Assembly: GCA_951804945.1 (NCBI GenBank)
Contig: OX638166.1
Coordinates: 15,872,001 to 15,936,000, forward strand
Length of the DNA: 64,000 bases
Origin: Podarcis cretensis
Lineage: Eukaryota
Reading direction: 5' to 3'
In this document: positions 52,015-64,000 of the stretch, piece after piece
Layout: each line of letters starts with the position of its first letter
Position numbering within the stretch: position 1 is the stretch's first letter
Notes under the pieces: generated by a model
What the model saw: the letters and a program-made list of their open reading frames with translations, nothing else
What the model was told of the DNA's origin: nothing
The model's database searches: none
Program-made: the position numbers and the translations under genes

Positions 52015-52376
52015 GGGACATGGGTGGCACTGTGGTCTAAACCACAGAGCCTAGGGCTTGCCGATCGGAAGGTCGGCAGTTCGAATCCCCACTACAGGGT
52101 GAGCTCCCTTTGCTCAGTCCCTGCTCCTGCCTACCTAGCAGTTCAAAAACACGTCAAGTTCAAGTAGATAAATATGTACTGCTCCAGCAGGAAGGTAAAT
52201 GGAATTTCCACGTGCTGCTCTGGTCCACCAGAAGTGGCTTAGTCATTCTGGCCACATGACCTGGAAGCTGTCTGCGGACAAACACTGGCTCCCTCGGCCT
52301 ATAGAGCGAGATGAGCACGCAACCTTAGAGTTGTCCACGACTGGACTTAACGGTCAGGCGTACCTTTACCTTTACC
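52015..52376 (+). mobile_element. Sauria SINE
   Basis: TSD (ACC)CTACAGAATA; (ACCTTT)n tail. Confidence 0.9.
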
Positions 52377-52392
52377 CTACAGAATATTAAAG

Positions 52393-52770
52393 CAAACCCT
52401 TCAAGCGTTCCTATTTTCTAGGGATGTTCCTGGATTTACAGAAGCTGTCCTGGTTTCTGATTAGATCCCGGAATGTCCCACTTTCCCTTATGACATCCAT
52501 ATTTTCATTGGAAAAATGTTGGCGGGTTTGGAGTTATGTGACCCCTCACCCAAGGGGAAAGGTTACTATGCAACCTTTAGAATTCATCTGAAGGCAGCCT
52601 TGTATAGGGAAGTTTTTTTTTTAATGTTTAATGTTTTATTATGTTTTTATAAATGTTAGAAGCCACCCAGAGTGACTGGGGCAACCCAGTCTGATGGATG
52701 GGGTGGTCTTCTTCTTCTTCTTCTTCTTGAATGGGACGTTCCTATTTTTATTGGAGAAATGTTGGAGGGT
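52393..52770. mobile_element. DNA-transposon-like element containing an L2 3' tail, copy 2
   Basis: Reverse-complement homology to 16670-16988; terminal TGGAGGGT|ATG split by the element at 52772. Confidence 0.6.
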
Positions 52771-52771
52771 C

Positions 52772-53246
52772 CCGTAGTTTTCCATGCATAAGATGAGGGG
52801 TTTTTTTACTCTAAAAGATTGTTAAAAATGGGGGGGGGGGGTGTTCCGTCTTATACATGGATAGTGCAGAGTTGGGACAGGTGATTGCTTGCAGCCCTGA
52901 GCAAGAGTTTTTCTCTGGTGATCTGGGTGAATGGTGTATGCAGCCAGGGCTGCTTTGGACTGGCTGCTGCTGTGGCAGTTGGGTGGGTTATTGCGTGCTG
53001 CGTCAAGGGCTGCTGTGTATCGGCTGCCATTGCTGCCAGTGGGCGTGCGATTGGCGGCTGCTGGCTGTGATCTTGCAGGTGGTGGTGTGTTTTGCAGCAT
53101 TCTCCATTCGTGTGAGTGATTATCTGCATTCCCTCTCCCCAAAAAACTCAACAACTCTGGGCCATCTCCCCCCACTTTCTTAAATTGTAGTCCCCAAAAA
53201 CGGGGCATCTTATACACGGGGACATGTTATACACAGAAAAATATGG
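52772..53246. mobile_element. Tc1/mariner (Tc2/pogo-like) non-autonomous element
   Basis: CCGTAGTTTTCCATGCATAAGA...TTATACACAGAAAAATATGG|TA with subterminal TCTTATAC repeats. Confidence 0.7.
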
Positions 53247-53906
53247 TATGTTGTAGGTGGTGATTTGAAAACTTGCATTTCCTGTTATTGTTCCTGTACT
53301 ATGGGGTGTGTTTGCCTCTACCATACCTAAAACATCAGCTGCTTCAGGTCTCTTTTGGAGGCATATTATTTTGCCCAGGCTTTCCCTGATCCATAAGAAC
53401 AGGTTTTTCTGCTTTTATATGCTTTTTATACTGCTGTTTTAACAATTTTGTGCTATGTTTCTGTTTTAACCTTTTTTATTGGTTTAATGTTGTATACTGC
53501 TTAGAGGTGTGTTGTTGTTGTTTTTTAAAAAATGAGCAGTTTATAAATGCCTTTAAATTAAATGAATAAGGGGGGGGAAAGTTGCCTTGCATCTCACTGG
53601 GCTTTCTGTCACTTTAAAACAATGAACTGTGTGCATTTCCTCTTCCTCACCTGCAGAACGCATTTTAATTCACTGCGTCTCAAAAATGCTATGAAATATT
53701 GAAATGCAAAAGTCAACTGTTGTTGTACAGTTCTTTGTTTTTAAGTTGGTCAACACCCTCATATCGGCACTCAGTGACAAAACAAGCTGTTGCACCTAGC
53801 AATTAGTAAGTAGCAGCAATAACGAGCGCAGGTGGGAGATAATGAAGGTGGATATTTTACTGGATTTCAACTGTGGCTATATAATTATTATAACATTTTG
53901 CATGTA

Positions 53907-54128
53907 CAGTGGTATCTCTGGTTACGAATGCATCAGGTGACAAACTCTGCTAACCCGGAAGTAGCTGCTCCTGGTTGCGAACTTTGCCCCAGGATGCAGA
54001 CAGAAATCACACGCCAGATGTATGTACGCAGTGGCCCCATTAGCGAAAGCGCGCCTCAGGTTAAGAACGGTTTCAACTTAAGAACGGGCCTCCAGAACGA
54101 ATTAAGTTTGTAACCAGAGGTACCACTG
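53907..54128. mobile_element. Tc1/mariner (Tigger-like) MITE
   Basis: TA|CAGTGGTATCTCTGGTTAC...GTAACCAGAGGTACCACTG|TA. Confidence 0.85.
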
Positions 54129-54314
54129 TATATGTGAAAAGCATATTCTCTTTCTTTTCTAGAAGAATTTGTTTCCCGTTCTCATATAATGATTTACAGG
54201 GGGTTTTTTGCTGGGGGTGATGGTTGCTTTAGGCATTTTTTTGCATTACAAGGAATCTTATTTTTCCACAGAACTTCATGGTTGCTTCCCCCTCCCTTTC
54301 TATTTCCTCTATAG

Positions 54315-56750
<2,436 letters not shown>

Positions 56751-57850
56751 TGACAGCCGACGTGGTGCCCTTGATGTGTTTGTTACTGGACTCCAGTTCC
56801 CGTCAGCTCCAGCCAGAATGGCTATGTATTCCTCCAACATCTGGGTTGGGGCAGCAAATTGGCTATCGCTGGTGGAGACTAGGTTGCGCTCAGACTACAG
56901 CCTTTCTGTTTGGTTGCAAACTTTCACCCTAATGAAAAACTCCTCTAGCAGAGCAAGTTTTGCTGGATCAGACCAAGGGTCCCATCTATTCCCTGCATCC
57001 TCTTAGCAAAAATGGCATCCAGGTGCTTCAGGGTGCACATGACAGAACATGACATTATTTCCCCCTTCTTATTTGTTTGTCTCCATCATGTGGCCCTGAT
57101 CCTGCCATTCTGTTGAGTGATCATGGCTAGTTGCCACTGATAGATCACTGCATTTGCTTTTGTTTTTTGAAGTCACCCACTGCATCTTATGGCAGGGAGT
57201 AGGCTAATCTGCAGTGGGGTGGGGGAATCTCTTTGAGTTCCCTAGGAATAGGAATTCCAGAGAGTCTGTTGCGTACTGCTGGATATCTTGCCTGTATGAA
57301 TGATGGAACTGCAAGAAGAGCCTCAACTGAATATATTATGGCATGGGAAGGTGCATAAGGGAAAAGCACTTTATATCATTGCCTTCTGCTTTTGAAATGT
57401 AAATAAGTGGTGGTCCACCATCTCAATAATTTTGGGTACTTTTGTTTCCTTTGATTCCAGTAGGGGATGGAAAGCATGGGCGTAACTTTCCTATTGATAT
57501 CAGTAGATCTAATAACTATCTGTGGTACTTCCTAGAAAAGATAAATGATGTAGATGTAGAACAATAGTGTACAATGTAGATCAGATGATAGAGGGGAGGG
57601 AAATAGGCTACAAAGGAATGGGTGTGTCTTCAAAGTTATTTTTTCCATGTGGCATTCACTCCTGACCTTAATGTCATCTGTTGCAAGATGTCAGCCTTAA
57701 GGAACCTCCAGAAATTGGAACTGTGAGCTTCTGAGTTGAGAACAAACCTGATTAAAAGTGGACAAGCTGGCTGGCTGCATTTCAATGTCAGCAACTTTGG
57801 AAAGACTGCTAGATCCATCTTCAATAGCATTTCCAAACATGTGCTCGCAT

Positions 57851-58172
57851 CAGTGCCGGATTTACGTATAAGCTAAACAAGCTATAGTTTAGGACCCCAC
57901 TCTCTTGGGGGCCCCCAAAAAAATTAAAGGAAAAAACAACTAGATGTACATTTCCAAAATATAAGTTAAGTTCAACCTTTACTTTGATAAAATACATATT
58001 CCGTTATGTGCAAATGGCTTTAGACACCTATTAGGTCCATAAATTACCATATAGCATATATTCAACACAAAAAAACAGCGACAATTTGTTGTTGACAAAA
58101 GGCAGCTGGACATATAAAGGGCCCCATTACCTTCAGTAGCTTAGGGCCTCATCAGACCTAAATCTGGCCCTG
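57851..58172. mobile_element. hAT-type MITE
   Basis: TIR CAGTGCCGGATTTA / TAAATCTGGCCCTG; TSD GCTCGCAT/GCTTGCAT. Confidence 0.85.
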
Positions 58173-61100
58173 GCTTGCATTATTCTTCTAAGCTAATAAA
58201 TATTCTCACTCTATTTCACAACTTTGCAAGAAACAAAGAAGGTGAATAAATCATCTTTTTTTTTTACCCTGGCAAATGGCTAACAATAAAGCCTCATACA
58301 TCTCTTTGCTAGTTGGGAATGGAATTTGCTGCTCAGTCATATTTTCAGGTTTCAAGAAAGTGGTGAACTGCACAGATTATGTAGGTCAGGGAAGGGTTGT
58401 TTTGTTTTGCAATTTGCAGGAAACCTAGATGCTAGTAAAATGCTGGTGAAATGTGAGATACGGTTGAAAGGGAGGTAAACCTGGATTCATCTTTATTTAG
58501 AGAACAGGGAAGGTTCTGGGGAAAATATACAGGTTGGTTAGAAAGACAAACCTAAATAGGATGAATGCAAGAGTGAAGTGAACAGATAAGTAATGTATGT
58601 ATTGGTGGGTATACCTCTGTATTTGGTGCTTTTATCCTTCTCCCTCTGTAGCATTCCTTAGAAGTTCTGTGCGACACAGGGAAAAGACGCTATAAATAAG
58701 TCAAAAATTAGACTGCTATAATCAAGGGGGGAAATCCCTATGGGAAATAGCGTATAAAAATTTCCTGCTCTCTGTCGCCATCTGGTGCTGCATGTTTGTA
58801 GTGCATTCAAATTGTTGGGTTTGTTTTTTTTTACTATTGTAGCTGAGTCCGTAGTCGTTCACAGGCCTGATTTAAATGTTATGCTGGCCATGTTTAAAAA
58901 AAAAACTTGCTGGAAGCAACACTGAGAAATTGGATACTAATAATGTTGGGTGTAGTATATATTCTAAAATTTACTGATATTGTTAAACATCAAGAAGAGA
59001 GACAAAGTAATAGAAGTTTTGATGTAAAATTGTCTTTGTTATGCACTGGGACAATAAGGTACAAGCTTATTAGAAATCTTGTGAATCGCTAGAAATTATT
59101 GTTCTTTTTGTGTGCGTCTATTATTGCTTTCGGGATGGGATTTATAATTATTTTAGAATACTTAATATCTAGAAGATGTTATCAAGTGCATTGCACTGTA
59201 ATAATAACCAAGTGCCTTTTGGCATCTAAAGGCTGGCAAATGTATTGAAAGATGTTTTCATGGACTCTCGTGACACTTCTTCAGATGCAGCTTGAACTAC
59301 TACAACTTACAACTCAAACACCTTGACTATTTTAGTATAATTTTCTACAGAAAACCAGATAAGCCCTTATTTCATTTTCAGTTCTTTGCTGCTTTTAGTG
59401 CCTTGCTCTTATTGGACTACATTTTACAGTGTCTATAGAGTTCTCACCCTCCAGCTAACCGCATAACACACCTTTGCTGCTTTCTCTGATCTTCGTATTA
59501 TTTTCTTCACAGATATAACTGAGCTGAGGAAGAATTTACTACCCTGTATTCTTTTGTTACACTCAGGGCATTGTGCAGCTTTCAGTGAGGGACGGAACCA
59601 TCCATGTGTACCAGATGTCTCATCTGTGAACACCAGGAAATTCCTAACAGGAAATGACTGATGCCTCATGGCAGCTGTAGCTTTCCCCAAGCCTCCATTT
59701 ATGACCCCTATTAGTGTTCATGAATAAACAGTTGCTTCACAAAGACAGAAAGCAGGTTGCCGTTTTCGCTTCGGCTTCAGCTCACCCCCCATGTGTACAT
59801 ACATCTAAGGCTGCAAATCCTATATACCCATTTTACCTGGGAGAAAGCCCCACTGAAGTCAAGCATGCATACTTCTCAGTAGACATCTATTGTACTATAA
59901 ATTAATTAATTGACTGGGGAGAGTCCTGAGGCCCCTGGGACTGCCATTCTCCATCCCAATAGATCAGAGATCAAAGGATGTGAGTGGAAGGTGAATTCCC
60001 AGAAGGGTCTTAAAGGGACAGGGAAAAGATTCTCATTATTTTGCCAGGTAACTTAGGTGTGCATTGAACAAACCAGCTCATTCGGCCATAGCTCAACATT
60101 ATTTTTCTGCTGCTGAAATTCCATTCTTGCTAGGTTATTTTGGTATGTAAAGTGATGGGAACAAGTTCACTTCCCCCTTGCATGCATCTTTCTTTGCCAC
60201 AGAGGTGAGCTCAAGGTAGATTTCAGGCCGTTAGTAAACCATGCACAGCCCTCTGTTTGCTGGGATTCTTGCAGAGAATACTGGCCTAAGCAGACCTTGG
60301 TCTGATCCACTGCAGTGTTTCTTAATACCTTCAGCAAGAGTTGCATACTGTGGACCACTTAAATGCAGATTTGTTTCTGCCTAGACTGTCAAGACATTCT
60401 AATTACGTATTCTTGCTTTTTAAGGATAATGCCTATCAGTGGATCATGATGATACTATGCAAAAGTACAGCACAGATGGGGAAACTGGCCCTTCCAGAGG
60501 TTGTAGGAGTTTAGAAATCCTAGACAGTATGGTTGATGGTCAAAGCTTATGGGAGCTGTACCCCAGAAACATCTGGAGGGCCACAGGTTCCCCTTACCAT
60601 TCAACACCAAAGCTAGACTACTTCTGTTCTCCAAGAATCCCAGCAATTAGCAAGAACTAGGTGGTCCTCCAGTGGTTGATCTCTGCATTTTTTGCCAATG
60701 TGATACACATCTTTATTGCATTTTTTATCCTAGTCCCAGTGGAGACAATCCATTTCAGGTTGAACACTTCAAAGTTTGGTTAATTTCAGTTGGAGGAGGA
60801 AACAAAGCATGAACTTAACCCATTGAAATCTGTGGCACTTGAACATTCTTAACCTTGGCTAGATTCTGCAAAAACACAGATATAATACTGGCAGAGTATA
60901 ACAGACAATTTTAATGGCCCAAGATCTCTGTAAATTCAGATTTTCTTTTGTGTCGATCAAATTTAATTTAATTCCCAGGCAAATCTTCTAAAGATATTGT
61001 ACAAGTTTCCTCCCAGGATGAGTACTATAGTAGAAATGCTTGCTTTGTTTATAATCCATTTATTGTTTTGGTGGGGGGGGGGGGGAGGGAGGAGATGACA

Positions 61101-62415
61101 TTTGCAGTTCTTCTGGTAGCAAAATTTCAAAAATCTGTAGCAGGGGTGGGGAATCTTCGTCCCTCCAGATGTTGCAAAACTACAACTCCCACCATCCCTG
61201 GCTATTGGTCATGCTTGCCAGGGGTGATGGGAGTTCCTCAACATCTGTAGGCTCTCTGTATCTGATCTACAAACTCAAAAATAAGCACGCTTGGTCTCCT
61301 ATGTAATTCAAGGCTGCATTACCATGGTATTTGCTAGTTCCAGCCAGATTATCTGAAACCTTATATCAATGTAGCTGAGCTCTTCCCATTGTGGTAAATA
61401 AAAGCAATGGACCTCAGCTGTAAGTCATGTTGATATTCACTTCTTTCTTAAACCGACTATTCATTCTAAGCAGATATTTCTCTGTTTCTGCTCTGTCCCT
61501 GACCCCTAGTGGCCATAGTCATTCTGGCTCATTGGATGAGCTTCTCTTAAGATTTTTGTGTACGTTGGGTGCATAGAGATGAGGAAAATGTAGCCTGGGT
61601 ATTTTGTTAACCTATTCAGATAGCTAGATAGGTAGATGTCTGCTGTTGTCTTCAGGGAAATGTAATGGAAGCTTTCCTTTTATCCCTTTTTGATCATGTG
61701 AACTACTAATCATGTTGGACTCTAAACTCGTTTATCAGCTGCAGACACCATGGCCAGTGGTGATAGGAGCTGGAGTACAATAAGATCTAGAAGGTCACAG
61801 GTTTCCCACCACTGATGCAAAAGCTGATGACCAAGGCAATAGGAGCACCATATTGGGAAGTGGGAAGAGTCTTTCCCTTCTGCTTCTTTCAGACTCAATT
61901 CCTCAGATATACCCGCATCTCTACTACTTATTTAAAGAGTAGTAGCATGTTGTTTTAAATACATTGCAATTTGTTTTTGCAATTTAGCCTTGCATATAAA
62001 CAACATAAGGCAAATAAACCTTGCTAGCAAACTTGGCCTCCCCTACACTGAAGCCAATGAACCTAGCAAGCAGTTATTATATGCTCAAATGCAAAAAAAA
62101 CACACAAAATCACATTCAGTGTCCTATCCAGGAAGCATAATTCCACAACAATCCATCATTTTTAGAGCAGTGAAAATACTGTAGTGGTGTTTCCCCTGCT
62201 GTGATAAGATCAGCAGTTTTTGTTGTGGCATTTAAACTTGTTCAACCTTGCTGGCAGAACTTCACTTCTATCCATTTGTGGCTGTGTACATTAGACTTTA
62301 CTGTGACTGATATTTCCTAGGTTATAGCAGTGGTAGCCCACTTTCCAGGCAGGCATGCCAAATTCATTGATTGAGAGGGCAACATCTAGTGCAGAGTCCA
62401 GTGCATTCTGGTATA

Positions 62416-62881
62416 CAGTGGAACCTTGGTTCTCAAACTTAATCTGTTCCGGAAGTCTGTTTGACTCCCGAAACATTCAAAAACCAAGGCACGGCTTCCG
62501 ATTGGTGCAGGCATCCTGGAAACAATAGCCAACAGCCACATGGAAGGTTCAGCTTCCGAAAAATGTTCGAAAACCGGAACACTTACTTCTGTGTTTTGGC
62601 ATTCAGGAGCTGATTTGTTCGTCAAATAAGCTGTTCGAGAACCAAGGTTCCATTGTACAGTCAAACCTCAGTTGTCGAGTGTCTTGGAAGCTGAACAATT
62701 CGGAACCCAAACGCCGAAAACCCAGAAATAATTGCTTCCATTTTCGAACGTGCCTCCGAAGTTAAATGGCTTCCAAGGCCCATTTTTCCTTTTTTCCCAT
62801 TGACTTTGTAGCCAGCTCTTTCATCCTTGGTTTTCGGATGTCAAATGGAACAGATTAAGTTCAAAAACTGAGGTTCCACTG
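62416..62881. mobile_element. Two adjacent Tc1/mariner MITEs (62416-62655, 62658-62881)
   Basis: CAGTGGAACCTTGGTTCTC...GAGAACCAAGGTTCCATTG|TA|CAGTCAAACCTCAGTT...AACTGAGGTTCCACTG. Confidence 0.8.
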
Positions 62882-63096
62882 TGTATGAAAGTTCATTGGA
62901 ACAGTAGCATAGTACTTGAGAGGAAGGCAGGAGTGAAGGCCTGTATACCATAACCAACTCCAAAGGTAGCCCTACCTCTGACCTAAACTACCATAAGCGT
63001 CTGTCAAATTTCACAGAAACGTTTCTTAAATAAAAAAAATAGTTTGAGAATCTGAATGCAAAAATTCTGTCCTGGCCCTTCTTTCTTCTACCTTGA

Positions 63097-63501
<405 letters not shown>

Positions 63502-64000
63502 TAAAATTAACAAGTTTCTAAAACTTTTCTAGATCACCTTTCCAGAATTCAGCACAAGAAGGCAATGTGCAAGGCCAGTTTCAGGCACACTTATTATGGG
63601 CTCCGTTCTGAAAAGGGTCTTTTTAAACAGTGCCCTTTTGTTGGGAGCTTTTATAAAGAAAAAGCAGTGATAGCACTGATACCTGAAAAACTTGCCAAGG
63701 TTATTGGACGTTGCTCTTAATCAGAGCCATCTCCTGCGGCTGTAGGATCAAATATGAATTTATTTGGTCCTTTAACCATACCTTGCAGCATGTCCACAAG
63801 GAACCCTTTTCCTTTCGCTCCCTCTCAGAGATGAGGAGTGCACATTGAATATGGCTGGGACCCCCCCCCCCGGATTGTGTACTTTTGTGCAGGGCAGAAG
63901 GGGGTCCTAGCAGTAACACTGTGTTCTCCACTGTCCTCATGACTCCACTGTGGAGCTAAAATGCCATACTTAGATGCAGACGGATCCTCTCGCTTAGATG

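Noticed and set aside
58675-59432. Possible CAC...GTG-terminated DNA transposon
   Set aside because: Termini and TSD could not be established by eye.

Overview
Eukaryotic (vertebrate) genomic DNA, most likely a lacertid lizard, judged from the Sauria/Squam1 SINE subfamilies and a Squam3-type SINE with a (CTT)n tail. The window lies inside the PALM2AKAP2/AKAP2 locus on the + strand. It holds the ~2.4-kb AKAP2 coding exon (54315-56703, including the PKA-RII-binding helix) and the next 179-bp exon (63251-63429). A candidate internal TATA promoter and non-coding first exon sit at ~41.78-41.93 kb. The rest is intron packed with mobile elements: Sauria SINEs, other tRNA-derived SINEs, L1/CR1/L2/RTE-X-like LINE fragments, four solo LTRs with 5-bp TSDs, and many hAT and Tc1/mariner MITEs, often nested. 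Nearly all short ORFs in the track are spurious or TE-derived. I found no convincing novel protein-coding system. The most unusual items are a young hAT-type MITE carrying telomeric TTAGGG repeats, a TSD-flanked CpG-rich '5'-end-only' retro-insertion with a splice donor, and MITEs that appear to have captured and amplified retroposon 3' ends. Family names come from recognition, not database searches.
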